From: Botryllus schlosseri
Lineage: Eukaryota
DNA: 64,000 bases
Direction: 5' to 3'
Assembly (NCBI GenBank): GCA_051294905.1
Contig: CM119371.1
Coordinates: 31,374,001-31,438,000, forward strand
Part shown: positions 1 to 14,200 of the stretch, in pieces
How positions within the stretch are numbered: the stretch's first letter is position 1
Layout of the letters: the number at the start of each line of letters is the position of its first letter
The notes under the pieces: generated by a model
Told to the model about the DNA's origin: nothing
Seen by the model: only the letters and a program-made list of their open reading frames with translations
Database searches by the model: none
Program-made: the position numbers and the translations under genes

Positions 1-591
1 TGAGCGCGACTGCTGGAGTTTGAATTTGTCGAGCTTTCTTGAATACGAAATAAGTTTCATCTTCAACAATCGTCTTCTGAAAATGGCTGTGAAAAACATG
101 TTTAGTCAGAATTCATACAGACTTAGCCTAGTCAATTTCTCGCGTTCCCCAGGTTGAGAACCACTGATCTTATGTAGTGAAGCAAAAGGTTCCTCATTTG
201 AGGTGGCATGTGTGCCAAACAAATCCGGCAGTGGATGGAAACATCTCTATGCCATGGCCCAATAATGACATAAACATACCAACAGTTTCAACTACTCAGC
301 GGCAGAGTATGTGGTGTCACAGGCCAGTATATAGGTCGACTAACATCCAAAATAGAACAGAGAATGCGGCGAATGAAATATTTCAATCATGAAATCAAAG
401 TCATCCCGGTGGTGTGCACAGTCGTAGATATTCACGGTAACGAATACTATGTAGTAGGCTACTGTACCTTTTACGATGCGTATCCTAATCAGCATTCCTA
501 GGAATCTTCAACGATCGTGTCCACTTTCTTCAAGCACAACAAGCTTCGCTCCAGGGCTCCACCCTTTGCTCAAATCAGACGACGATACGAC

Positions 592-628
592 TATAGATAA
601 CTAACCTACCGTAGGTTAGTTATCTATA
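592..628. repeat. 37-bp palindrome with 7-bp TSD (possible P-superfamily excision footprint or micro-MITE)
   Basis: tatagataactaacctac-c-gtaggttagttatctata flanked by atacgac at 585-591 and 629-635. Confidence 0.85.
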
Positions 629-965
629 ATACGACACTCCAACGATTTCAAAATAAGCTGTACGGTATGCATCCGCTGACATGCCACCAATAATATTTAC
701 CGGCCTCTGTCGGTTTTTTCATACAGAAACATTTATCATTACATCTAGTCCCTTTCTTTTCCATCTAACTGCGACTAAATTGATATTTATTCCATCTGTT
801 GTCACTACTTACCGTACTTACTTAACCAGACGCTGCTTGTGATGTCACAGCTGTGCGTAGGTTGTTTACTACGAATCTCGGAAAAAGCAGTAACTCGTAA
901 CGGTAACCTAATGTAACCGATTACAGGTCGCCTTGTTCGCCATTAACAAATGGTCAACTTAGCAT

Positions 966-1479
966 TAGGGCTGGGCACAATGATTCGAGTACTCGAATCT
1001 GAATCGAGTAATTATTCTAATGATTCGAGTCGAGTAGCAAAAGACGATTTTTTCGAGTACTAAAATTATACGCTCCTCGCTATTAAAAGTTATTATATCA
1101 ACGAGAATTATGGTTTTGATAGTATTTTCCACTGCTGAAGCCTTGAAACCTTGATTGGCCGTATCGCAGCATGCGAAACATATTACAAAGCTACGACCGT
1201 TACTGGAAAAACATTTCCGAAGGCATGATCCTCCCACGACATCGTCACAAAGTGCAATGAAATCGGTATAAGCTCGAAGAAATACCGAAGTATCTTTATT
1301 GTGATGAATAACTGGCATTATATTCTTTGTGGTAGCATAAAAGGTACTTATTTGAACTTTTACATATTAAATTAAGTTGTGACGTCATAATGAGTGATAC
1401 TCGAATACTCGACTCGACTCGAAGCATAATACGTGATTCAGAATCGAATCACTCAGGTATTCGATTTTGCCCAGCCCTA
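966..1479. mobile_element. hAT-type MITE
   Basis: TIRs tagggctgggca/tgcccagcccta, 8-bp TSD cttagcat, subterminal tcgagt/gaatc repeats. Confidence 0.9.
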
Positions 1480-2725
1480 CTTAGCATGCGGTGCTGATAT
1501 TTCTAGTTTCCCGAACAATATTATACATCCTAAACTGATATTCTAACTCATCAGTCCTATCCGTGACAACGAATGTAACCAGCGACGCCGGCCGTATAGC
1601 CATAGCCTTGTAATATAATATAGTGGCTATCTACGATTGTCAGTTGTTCCTTTTACCCTACTATGTACTAAACTGAAATTGGTACTAGGGCCAACAATTT
1701 CCGTATGACAGACCCCAGTCTCGCGAACGATGTTGAATCAGGTCAAATCACCACGAGAATGATAACAGTAACAACATTCAATTCCACGTCTACATTGGCA
1801 GCAGAGAATTTCAAGCAAATCGATTTTGCCAATAGCCTGGTAAACTTCAGTAACGAGTAAATGTCAGTAATTTTGCGAAGAAATTCTGGTAACTTGACTT
1901 TAGAGCTAAATTGAGGTAATGTTACATATTAAAATGTAAAATTACAAGCTACGCACAGTTATTGGCAGCTACCGGTAATTCGTTGCGAAATTTACAGAGA
2001 TTTCACAGTAAATCTACCAGATTTTTTACAGTGTATAACGTTGCGCGACACACCTACATTTTATCGGCCGTACTACAAAGCGACTTACTAATCAAGAACG
2101 TGGATAGCTAGTGTGGCGTAATTTGAGTTTGTAATTGTGAATGTCACTTCTATTCTCTTTCATCAATCAATGTATCGTGCAATCCAAGGTTTCGAGTCTG
2201 GTACATCGACTTCGCGAGTGATATTGGTCGCCGACGCGACAGTAATTTAAATTTGGGTTTTTTGAAAAGTAGACTCCGAGCCCTTAAACGTGAATTCGGC
2301 ATTATCGTTACTTCCTAAAGACATGTCTACGCGGTCATGAGAATAATTATTCTAGTTATGATGAAAATTTACTGACAAGAATCTGCAATAATGATCAATT
2401 CAGTACGAAAAAAAATGTTTGGCTAAGAGCCATATCTTATACACAAAAGAGCCATATAACGATCGTGAGCCATAGGCTCGGGACCGCTGAACTATAATAT
2501 TGTGCAGCACCTGGTCCGATATTTGGTTTTCCATAAGCGATGGGAAAAATCTGCTACCTGATTGATTTCAAACCCAATCGAGTAATGAGTTTCGAGTACA
2601 GTCGAGTCTACCAGTATCGCTCATTATGACGTCACATCAGTGTGAATGATCTAATGATGCGACCCCTGAGACCACCACTAATGTCAGTTCTCCTTGACAA
2701 TAGGCATATTTGATATTATTTATAC

Positions 2726-4236
2726 CAGAGGTCTCAAACACGCGGCCCGCGAGAACATTTTTCAAGAATTCGACAATATATTCGAGTGACATATGTCTGT
2801 ATTAGATTTAAGAACATAAAGTTCACTCCAAAACTACTACAAAAACCTGAGATCTAAACAAACGTCACTTCACTATTACATCACTTCTAAAATCTATCAC
2901 GGGGTGGAAGATTGCTATTACGTCACATTTCAGGTTCATGGTGTTAAAATATGACCCGTTGATGATTCGTGACTGATAATTGTGATTTTGTTTGGTGCGA
3001 CCTTTCGTCAAATTATACTCGATTTTGGATTGACTACATGAGTGATAAACTAAAAGTGATTCGAGTTATGATTTGGGTCAAACGTTAAAATCAGAGCTTA
3101 CGCCTCGGAATAGTGACTTGATAATCCTACGGACGCTCTGAACTGTCGTGGAGAATAGTAATATATCAAAATCCCGTGGCCAGCGTTGCGTAGGGTATAT
3201 AGATTTGTAATCAGGACTGTATGGAAACCATTGGCATTCTGTGGCCCCCGTGACGCATATTTTGTTACAACCTGGGTGTTGTTTGTTCTTTTTATCCGTG
3301 TTATTATCGTTGGCGAGTAAGGTGGTGGTACGCCCCACAGCTGTAACACCAGTGGATTCTTTGGAGATTGGTAATTTCGATTCCAGGGGTTCATAACCAG
3401 GGGTCCGTAGCCCTGTCGTGGTACGAAGCACCACATCAGGGGATATGAGATGCATTGTTGAAATATACCTATATGCTGTGGAATATTTTCTGCACCAATT
3501 TATTCATCTGGAAGATATTCTTCGCGACACGGGCGGTTTTATGTGAATGGGCTTCCTGATTTTATATAGGTACCATCAGAAATTGTGTTGAAAATGGACA
3601 GGGGGCACGGGGAATCTAATTGAAAGCACAAGGGGTACGATCGCTAAAACGGTTAAGAAACAATGCTATTACAATGGAACAATAATGATTATATTTAGGT
3701 TGTTATTGATCTGTTCCAATTTTATTCGAAAAAAATCTAACGCTGGTTTCATTTGATTTTATCAATGATAGTAACAATATCCTACTTATCACGGCTATAT
3801 CGTAAACCCCGATTAGGCTACACCGCTCACATGCTCTGATATCAGATCAATCCTTGGTAAATTCTAAAATATTCTACATGAAATTGTGGCACGTCAAAGG
3901 TCCACTAGCTGCAATATTATTACCCGACAGCTTTTACGATGTCACCATGCGTCCTCTCGCATGATGTCTATAACTCATTATTTCAACAAATTATGTCCGA
4001 CACAAAAACTATTTTATTCAATTATTTGAAAATGTGATTTTGACATGCCAAGCGTGAATAGTATAAGAGTAAATTACATTTTCACAATGTTTGTGAAATG
4101 CTCGTCTGCAAGGTGCCGTCAAATATGGCCTACTTGGAAATAAGACATTGGATATCCCTATTATTGATGATGCGGCCCGCGGGGTCATCAAAATTAGGAA
4201 ATTGGCCCCCGATCACATTTGAGTTTGAGACCTCTG
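2726..4236. mobile_element. hAT (Charlie-like) non-autonomous element with nested inserts
   Basis: TIRs cagaggtctcaaac/gtttgagacctctg, TSD atttatac; same family as 50763-51937. Confidence 0.88.
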
Positions 4237-6659
4237 ATTTATACCATACCCATTTCATTGCAGTTTGCAACAATGCTGCAGGTTGACCAAGACTTTACGG
4301 ATGTCATTTCGACTAAGGTGCGTATAGATTTTTACTAAATGCTTTGGAAGCTGTAATTCGACCTATCGAAGTTGGAAAAATGTCTTCCGCGGTTGGTAAA
4401 ATTTGTTTCAACTACAATTATTTGCAATCGCACGTGTTATTTGTTATCCTTTATCTGATGTTGAGACGACTCTTGTTATCAAGGAATCGCAATTCAGCTG
4501 TCATTTATTTGTATTTCGTTTTTCTGAGCAATCTAATTGTAGCTTTTAGTCGATTTGACTGTTTGATTTCTGTTTTGGTTGTCTCGTCGCTTGCTTATAT
4601 ATTTTCCTCGTTACTGTTGTATCATTTTCCATTCCATCGAGCATCGGACGATCAAGCACTATTGCTGATCTCTTTTGCTTACGCATCTTCGTATTTCAAA
4701 CAAAGCCTTAATCAAATTTCTTGTTCAATTTAGAGTACTTGGTTGTGTTAAATTAGTGATTCCAAACCTTTTTGTTGTCATGGACCCCTTTAACCAAATA
4801 ATTGATTCTTCTGACCCCTCCCAAAATTTTGCCTGAAACTAGACAAATATACATTTGACTATTATAATAAATATGCTAATCAGCTACTGAACTGTGTCAA
4901 ATTGTTGATGTTGTTAAAGAAGAAAATACCAAAAGTTAAATACACCATCGCAAACCGCATCCTTTCTATTTCGTAATAGAGGAGACAATCCTGATTTGAC
5001 TGCAATCGACATGCGTTGTGGTAGATGTAGTAGCGTAGTGTCAGGTCAATGAACACATTGTAGGCAACAGCATCAATTTATCTTAATACATACACGTATA
5101 GTTTTTTCACGCGTGTTTGAGCTTGACACATGTGCATGAGATAAATGAAAGTAAAAAGATTGCGTTTCGTTTCTTATTTTCTTCAAAATTCATCAAGGTA
5201 ATCAGGGACCTTCAAATGCTTTCTCAAGGACCCCAAGGAGTCCATGAATCCCAGGTTTGGAACCGCTGTCATAGAGCGACTATATAATATATCAAAACAT
5301 ACCAAAACTTCAATATCCGACAGACATCATGCAGCCAGAGCGATTGCTACCGATGACGAAGGAAAGAGTCGGTCGTGGCGCGATGACACACTCATTTATG
5401 GTATGACTCTTACTTGTCCTGTTATTCCTTACAAAGTTTGAATAAATCTAGGGCGATGATGTATTTTACTTAGATGGTGACTAAGGTCAAGTTCCACCAT
5501 AATACGTGTTATGTTGAAAGATTTGTGCCATATTTTAGTTGCGCAACTTACCCTTAAACAATTTAAGATAGATTCAAAGTTTTAAGTGGATAAAAGTTAT
5601 CATCCTCAAAGTTTCAGACCTGCTTCGAGACTTATTTTGACATGACTTGCAACATTTATCCTGCGACTTGCCCTTGAACGATTCAGGGCTCCGAAACTCC
5701 GGCCGATTACAATTGCGAATATGTCAGACCAATGAATGTAAGTGTCGTCTAAACCAGTGGTTCTCAACCACCGGTACGTGGAAGGTTTCCTGTCGGCCTA
5801 CCAAATATATCCACATTTTCTACCTCAATTACAAAAGAACTTGGTTGCTTATCAATTAATTAGAGAAGAGAAATATGAAATTTTAAATTTATCAGGAAGT
5901 TTGGAACGTGTATCCTGCATAATAAACAGTTCATGGTCTACTTTGACCATACGTCACAATGGTGCAAATGATGTACGAAACAGTTAAAAAGTAGTCCACA
6001 ACTGTCTTCAGACAAGCTGTATGTGATGGCTGCGGAGATTTTTAAACAAGCTTAGTTAAATTTAGACAGTGCAAGTAAGCGACACTATTCCGTATAATAT
6101 AGGTCATGCAAACAGCAAAGTAGCATTTATTTTAAATGATACCGAACCAATACCAGAATCAAATAAAGTTAGTGCTTTTTAACAGCTGACTTCGCGACTT
6201 TTACCGCGCAGAAACTTCAATATAACCACTATAAACGTCTAATAGACATTTGTTGCAATTAAATTCAGGTTTTAGATTTTTAAAGGTTCACCGGCACGTG
6301 TAGCATTTATTTTGAAGTTTTACGGATCCGCGAGGTCAAAAACGTTAAGAACTACTGCCTAACCGCATTTATGGTACTCCATATAAGCGGTAGTACTTCG
6401 CTTTTTATTGTATACTTCAAGAAATTGGCGAGTCCCAGGGAAACCAAATCGTAACTTTTCAAATCTATTAACCACATTAGTAAACTGTTGGTTCTTCATA
6501 ATCACATCAAACCTTTTGCTGTGAAAGTGTCATAAAAGGCATTTGTGTTCTACTAGACTCGAGAAAGATAATAATTAGATGTTTGTCTCCAAACTTTCCG
6601 GGAAGATGACTTGGTTCTAATAAAGAATACGGTCATATTTGATGGCAAATATTTATGTC

Positions 6660-6660
<1 letters not shown>

Positions 6661-6696
<36 letters not shown>
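6661..6696. repeat. (GATT)n microsatellite
   Basis: Nine tandem tgat/gatt units. Confidence 0.95.
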
Positions 6697-7277
6697 GGTG
6701 TCAGATCTTCGAACATCCTATCGTTCTATGACCTGAGTTCGATAGATAGGCTACAAATGTTGCCAGAGGTAAGTCGGAATCCTAATAAGCAAATAGGATA
6801 TTGCATTGGAATGAAAACAGTTACAAGCTCCGCTCTGATTTCGTGAAATCAGAGGCGGCTCGTCCTATGGGGCATCTGGTGCATTGCCCCACCTAAAATT
6901 CTGTTCAATAACAATTGTTTACCATTTATAGACGCACAACAATCTATATATACCGATATCACAGCGAAAATCGTATTCTTCTTGTCCTTTCGCTTGTAAA
7001 TGCCGTCATGTAGCGAAGTCTCTGCGAAAATCGAATTCTCTTCTGTGTTTTCGCTTTGCGAATGCCTAGCCGGGGCATGCCCCGGTAGCGCTCATAGCAA
7101 GCTTTCACTGTCTATTCTCTCAAAGCCGCGCACGATAAAGAAACGGTGATTAACTCTCTCCTATTCATAAAATTACCGAGCAAGTGGGGCAAAATAGGTC
7201 TGTGCCCTAAGGTGTGATGTAACAATCGTAACTATATCTGAACTCGGTTACCGTCATATGCGTTTAGTCGACCTTTG

Positions 7278-9300
7278 CTGGTATAGGTCGATTTTGATGG
7301 TGTTTCACACCATGATAATTCTTGAAACGTGGTATGTCATGTCGTGATGGTGGTATTTAACACTGCCCAAAGTTTCAGGGTTTCTACTTGAGGTTTAGGG
7401 TAGTAATTCCGTTTCCGAAGTTGAGTGTGTGCTGATCCGTCATGTATCGCAAACAGATTTTACTCAAAAGCCGGTATTGGTATCCATTGATTTTGACGAT
7501 GTTCCATACCGAGATCGGTCATGACATTTGGCACGGTAAGTCCTAATGTAAGTATGGAACGCTGTACCAAGTTTCAAGTTTGTCACTGAACTATGTTAGT
7601 GGTAATTTCGTTACCTACGTCGAGTGAGAGCTGACTCGTCATTCATCTCTAACAGATTTTACGCAAAGCCGGTATTGGTCTCTAGTGATTTTAACGATGC
7701 TCCTCACCTAGATCCGTCATAATCTTTCGCACAATATGTCTTGATTTTAGTATCGAACGCTGTGCCAAGTCTCAAGGTTGACACTCAATGATTAGGGCAG
7801 TAATTTCGTTATCAAGGTCGAGTATGGTAGAGATGTGCGATGATCTGACATTTTAGCCTACAACGCAAAAGCCGGTGTATCTGTGCCAGTGTTGGGATGA
7901 CTCGAGTCATGACTTGACTCGAGTCTGACTCGAGTCACCTTTTTCGCATGACTTGACTTGACTCGAGTCACTTTGCCAAAATGACTTGACGTGACTTGAC
8001 TCGGCGTATCAGAAATGTGGATTGACTCGTGACTCGGAGCAAAATTCACGAGTCAATTTCGAGTCATCAAGTAATCGGTGTCGATAAAAATCACTGTATC
8101 TTGGATATGTTCGGATTGTTCGCGAAACGCTGGTGCAACCCGTGAGAGCGACCAATCATTCAATGAGCATGCATTTCACCGAACCTTGATTGTTCTCCCA
8201 CAAATAGATTGACTGCAAACGAAGTGATCGAAGCTTAAAGCTTACGTTGTCGTAACTCTAGTGGTAAAGTAATAGAATAGCAAAATGTCTATTTCTGTTC
8301 TCTGTTCTGATCTGACCTTAACCAAACCGATTGTTTTATTGAAATTGAAGTCGAATATAGTTTATATATTCCTCAACCATTGGCGCAGGCTCGAACGGTA
8401 TCATATCTATTTGTAAATGGGTAACGTATTGTATCTTATCAATTCGTTTCCCTATTCTCTATTTTGGCTGGTAACTATAAAATGAGGCTATGCAATTACG
8501 TAGTTTAACAGTTCTACGAATATGTGAGCGATACAGCGTCTTCTTGCGTGTATATTTAACTCTATATTCGTTCATCGGTTCGGAATCAATGACCAAAGAC
8601 CACTCAAACTGTATTTCAGACAGCTAGCAAATTGCAATGACGTAATCATGCCTCATACATACATCGATAAAGCAACTTGACTTGAAATGTGGCTTGACTT
8701 GACTTGACTCGACTTGACTCGAGTCACCTTCGAAAATCGAGTGACTTGACTTGACTCGAGTCACATTTGAAAATCGATTGACTTGACTTGACTCGAGTCA
8801 AAATGTGCAATGACTCGAAATGACTGGTGACTCGAAGGTAGTGACTTGATCCCAACACTGATCTGTGCTAACGTTAAGTGTGTTCCATACTGAGATAGGT
8901 GATGAGATGATGATATCATGGCTATCATGAAACAATTTACTAACATTCTCGGTTTGCATTCAAATACTTACTTTCATATTATATTCTCCAATGTCAATTT
9001 CACCGTGAAATTGTGGCCTTCAAGCCATTTGCTTACAACCCTTTGTTAAGCGCGATAGCTATTTCGTTTTTGATGGTGGCTAACAGCTGATCACCTGATC
9101 AGCCTATTCCTCAGTACATTTTACGCAAAATTCGGTGTTGGTCTTTTCGTATTAATTTTGACAGTGTACCATACCGACAAGGCCATGAGGCTACTTCTTG
9201 ATAATGTCATATAACAGTGTACTAAGTTTACGGCTTTCATCCACGTAGTTATTCGGTAATATATTTTCCAAAGGCGATTTCGCAGCAGATCTATAGACAG
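7278..9300. repeat. Diverged tandem repeat of about 195-200-bp units, interrupted by a MITE
   Basis: Recurrent motif (c)cggtattggt...gattttgacga...ccaagtttca...gtaatttcgtt at about 7278, 7471, 7669, 7872 and 9132. Confidence 0.65.
7887..8860. mobile_element. hAT-type MITE with gactcgagtc/gactt arrays
   Basis: TIRs cagtgttgggat/atcccaacactg, exact 8-bp TSD atctgtgc. Confidence 0.92.
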
Positions 9301-9359
9301 TAATAAAGCCGTATGTGTCGTGTTACAGTCTCCAGTTTCAAGGCCAAAATCTCCTATAT

Positions 9360-10262
9360 CAGGGGTGGGCAACAAACGGCCCGCGGGCCGAATCCGGCCC
9401 GCGAAGGGATTTTGTCCGACCCGCGGACAGTTTTCCGTTTTACATGATAATGTGGCCCGCGGCCCTAGTCTGCCGAGATTTCCCACTACTTGCTTAAAAC
9501 GTCAAATTTTAGTGACTGCATAGTGCATGTTATTATATACGTATATGCGCAGCGTGCTAGAGTGGAGCTTACGCGTAATTTCGTCGAAGCGAGAAGACTT
9601 GCATTATCGGCATTTGCGATGTACTCAACCCTAATGTCGTTTGTGGTAATCATGGTGTTTGTCGACTACAATGGTCAATTACACCAGGCTGATATTTCTT
9701 ATTTTTCATTCTGTAACCGCCGACTTGTAGCACGGCACACTTCTAGGCTTTTGTAAGACGAAAACACTGCTTATACCAGGGGTCGCCAACTCAACTCAAA
9801 ACGGGTCGCGGGCCACTTTTCAAATTTCGTAGAGGTCGCGGACCGCATGAATTCATTATCGAGATTTCTCAGGCCACACAGTTGAACAACGATGCTATCT
9901 CGTCACCTACTCAACCCTAACGAATATATGTGTTGGTAAATTAGGGGTACCGGGGTTATCGAACTCCTTGAAATCTTAATTGAGGATTGCACCGTGTGTT
10001 GATTAATCAGATAGAAGCAGACATGGCGGCGCCTGTATGACAATGCTATTCTCAAATCGACATTGTATTCGTCATTATGGGCGAGAAATGGCTTTGAAGT
10101 GACATTACTGTCGTTAAAATGTATTCATTAAATGCGATTTATTCCTTGTATATGTGGAATGTGGATAAATGGGCGAATATTGTATCGATTCAGCAATCCG
10201 ACCAGCCAAGTACCTAATTTTCCTATATCCGGCCCGCCGACTCGAGAAGTTGCCCGCCCCTG
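9360..10262. mobile_element. hAT (Charlie-like) MITE containing a SINE 3' fragment and another MITE end
   Basis: TIRs caggggtgggcaac/gttgcccgcccctg, TSD tcctatat; a partial sister copy lies at about 29300-29750. Confidence 0.9.
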
Positions 10263-10820
10263 TCCTATATGATATACCGGGACCGAATTTCCGAGGCTGC
10301 TATTCTTAGTTTTTCAGAATGATGTTTTGGATTCAATATGACAGGCCCAATCTATGAGATAAAAATTGCGTATGTGTCCGAACTCGTTGACCTTTCCAGT
10401 TAGGCTTACGCAATCTCTCGAGTTATAGTCATTTCCATCTCTGCACATAATTAGTCAGGTCAAGTGCGAACATAAACCGTGTTGAATCTTTGTTCCGTAC
10501 GCCGTTTACGCAGTTACCACACTTCAAGTCACAGCTCACCGGCAGACCTCTCGCGGCACATACGTTAAAATCACTGTTGTCGGGAAATTCATGTTACCAT
10601 ACCATCATTAAGTTACTTGTTTACGTTGGAAAACGCCATTGTGACGTCATCTTGATAAAAAGTCGCTTGCAGCCCTTGCCCCACCACCCGATATTGTCAC
10701 GAGCCGCGACTGCGTGAAATATACATTGACTCGGGACAACTATATTTATAGACAGTTAAGATATGTTATATCATCATCGTTATAACGAGGACATCTCGAC
10801 GAAGGTAACTGTAATTTCAA

Positions 10821-10826
10821 TTTATT
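10821..10826 (-). promoter_or_regulatory. Candidate polyadenylation signal (AATAAA) of the GPCR
   Basis: tttatt on + strand, about 250 nt downstream of the stop codon. Confidence 0.4.
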
Positions 10827-11073
10827 CCTCAGCGTCATCATTGCTTTCACTAAGTGTCATTGTCATTATCGAAACGCTAACACAGGACCCTATCAAGATG
10901 AAAACGCCCGAAAAATCATCACTGAAAAATTGAACAAATGTTGTGACAACAAGCTCATTACATGAATATTTAATACATGTGCTCCATGATTGGCATTTGA
11001 TTAGCATGGGGTATATACATCAGTTGATTATCTGAAACTGTTTGACCATTTGCTCATGCCCAAACGATACACT

Positions 11074-11261
11074 TCATCTCTCTGTCATTGCCACCGCCTC
11101 GGTTTCATCCATAGCGGAAGCTGGTACTGGTCTTCCGATCCTCCTAATCTTGTTCCAAATAATTTCAGGCAGATCCGAATAGAGCAACGGATTCAACGCA
11201 CTATTAATGGGTACGATAAGCAAACCCGCCGGCAGGTAAACATCTTTCGGTATGTCAACCC
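11074..11261 (-). CDS. GPCR last coding exon, TM7 and C-tail (GVDIPKDVY...PINSALNPLLYSD...MTER*)
   Basis: tcgtacag acceptor, NPxxY motif, TGA stop at 11074-11076. Confidence 0.95.
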
Positions 11262-14200
11262 CTGTACGAAATTTAAAATATATGTACTGGTTCATCAGCA
11301 ATTTATTTAATGATGAAGAGTTTACTAAACGATAGAGCCAAAACATCGTTAAACGTGGAATCATATGCAGTAGTGATTAACACATTCGACATTCACAAGA
11401 TTTACGTGATGATACATTTTCATTGCCATAAGTGAGTTATCCAGGAATTCGAATGGAGATAGATTTTACCTTATTTTACACATTTTTATCCACAAATGGA
11501 ATAGAATACACTAAATACGTGGAACTTTACAAATAGTTACATCAGTAAAAAATGATTCTCGTTCAGCAGAAATGCATATAAGGATATATCGTTCATAACA
11601 ATACAACATGAAAATGAGAATATATTATATTTGGAATATGCCCAAGTTAAAATTATTCAGCCATCATGATTATGTTATTTCTGGACTTTACCTTACATAT
11701 GTAAAATTCACCTTGGAAAATCGCAATCAGTTAATATTGCTGAGATGATTTGGCGTTTCAAATAAATTGACTTTCGCAATGATGTGAGAAAGTGACATAC
11801 GCACAAATCCATGATTTGTATTTTTTTGCTATAAAATTTGCAAGCGATTGGGCGCAGGTACTGTTCGTCACTCTCGTATATTCAGTAACATAACCTAAAG
11901 ATGTTCCACTTACCGCTGAAACTCAAGAAACCGATGATACAAATTGGTATCCAGCAAAGGAAGTCAGATATTACGATTCGTGTCAGCTTGCGTTGTAGTC
12001 TCCTGCTTTCCTTATTGTTCTTTTCTTCGCTGGCGTTTGCATCAATCGCGGCGGAAGTGACCATAGCGTGTCTACAAAAATTTTACTTGCGTGAATGAAA
12101 GGTCTTGAAAAATCTTGCTTACACTTCGTTAGTTAGCTATAAATAGTTAGTGTGTATAGCTAGATATGAGTGTATGTTAGCTCGTAACGACAACGACTTA
12201 CCTGAACAACAAAACGTAGCAAACGAGCATGTACAGAAAAGCTACAAAATTCAGAAGAAGCAGAAAGAATGAATATCCCCAAGCCCTGTCGACAGATGGA
12301 TCGGGAAAAAATGTCGGAAGGCAAACGCCGTGACTCGAATAGTAGCCAAATTCATACGCCACTGTCATGTTCGGGTTTACAAAAAGAATCATGTTCTTCA
12401 ATCGGCCCCACTCAGTGGATCTGCAATTTATTTTTGGAGAAGTTAGTAAATGCCAAATTGATATGTGCATTTATACGTACCCATCTTGCGGCTGAGGAGT
12501 AGTTTGAATGAGGCTGAGCCAATTATTCATATGATGTATATCGTGGTAATTTACCACCTTGAAAATTCGGTTTTCATTGAACCTATCAGACACGAATATG
12601 AGAATTCATTACATTAGGCTTTTTTAATTGTGACGTTATTACAATTATATAGCCTCGCAAATCCTGCAAAATCAAATAACAATTTCTTGTTGGATCTGAT
12701 CTCAAGCCAAGTTGATGTGTCGATTTGTATAACTGACGTTCTATGGCAGGGCTCTTCAACCGGGTGTTTCGTACACCCTTGGATGCACCAAAATTTTGAA
12801 AGGGTGGATCACTCAGATGGGGTGTAGAGGGGTGTACCAGATCCGAATTAAAATGGAACGATGACTAGCAATCACAATAAACAGGCATCTTTATGCTTCT
12901 GAACATGTTGACCGGGTGTGCAATACCGTGCAATGTTCGTATCAGCTGTACGTAGCTTGTAAGTCACTTTCCTTTTGTGATATCCTACGCATATGTTTCT
13001 GAGTTTCTCCCCATCATTTAAACGTTGGTACTTTACTAATTGGCTCCTTTCGGAATAGATCAGGATGAAATTGACATATGTTCCGCTTGCGATATATGTC
13101 TATAATGATTCTTGAGGAAACCATGCACCGAGATATCTTAGAAATAGTGAATTGGTACTATCTGCGAGATGATTATAGATAGCGCAATGAACATTATTGC
13201 ACGGGCGTAGACAGGGTGTCTCAGGGGGTCACGTTTAAAAGCCACTGTGCTAGAAGGTGGTCTGTTAACTTCGAGCCCTAATTAGTATTTAGAATTGCAA
13301 ATAAGTTGCAGCCTTGTGTATCCTTATTTCAACAGACCAGAGGTGGCCAACCTGCAGACGTACGGTGACATGCAGCCGTTAAAGAATAATTATGCGGCGT
13401 GTGTTGGCGACCGTCAATATGCAATTTGAATTAACGAATTGGTTCCCAAATCGTTGAGAGATTTTAAACTTAACAATTTTATTCGCGCTTTGCGCGATTC
13501 AGAGTGACTTGGAATTTTCGTTTTTAATATAATAGTGTAATCTGAGTCCCCCGTACGAATGCGAACCGCAGAGGAAAATGATGCACCCCATAAAGAAATA
13601 CCAAATCAAATCGGAATCGTGAGCGTCTCACGAATGAAAGATTTTCTCTTTCGTTATCCGATTCCAATGTATATTTCGACTATGCTTACAATACTGATAG
13701 GAGGTCAAAAATAACAACATGCAACAAAGTGATTGTTAAAAACCGCGAGATGTATCATCATAAATTCGTGCCCAAAATTTTCGAAGACCATCAACTCTAT
13801 CGTTTAATCTGATAACCTGGGCAAAAAATGGATAAATAATACACAGTAATGTATGGAACAACTAACATTATCGACGAAATAGATTTTACTGACTTAAAAT
13901 ATTTTCGCTGTCCGCACGACAAGAATGGGTATCCAGATAACTTTTCCTAACATTTATACTGGCGATTTTGGTGCATAGATGGTACGCCTGCGGGGATGTT
14001 CTGCTGCTACAATTAAAAACTTTTATACGCAAGGTATATCTCAAGAGATGAGTGATGGCACAGAACACCACAAGCGCTGTCTGCGGTGCGAAGTTCCCAG
14101 TAGCCACTTTAACATGAATATATGACGACTAGACGGGTCGCGACGACTATCCGCCGGAATGCGACCGTATGCTATAAATGAAATCGAAACACGGCCGTGA

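Noticed and set aside
3078..3455. 125-aa and 112-aa overlapping ORFs
   Set aside because: They lie inside a TIR/TSD-bounded non-autonomous element and have no recognisable protein motifs.
4344..4733. 129-aa hydrophobic ORF
   Set aside because: Hydrophobicity follows from T-rich composition; non-ATG start, no domain and no splice support.
7900..8850. Regularly recurring gactcgagtc palindromes as a CRISPR-like array
   Set aside because: Subterminal repeats of a hAT MITE; no constant repeat-spacer periodicity, and the context is eukaryotic.
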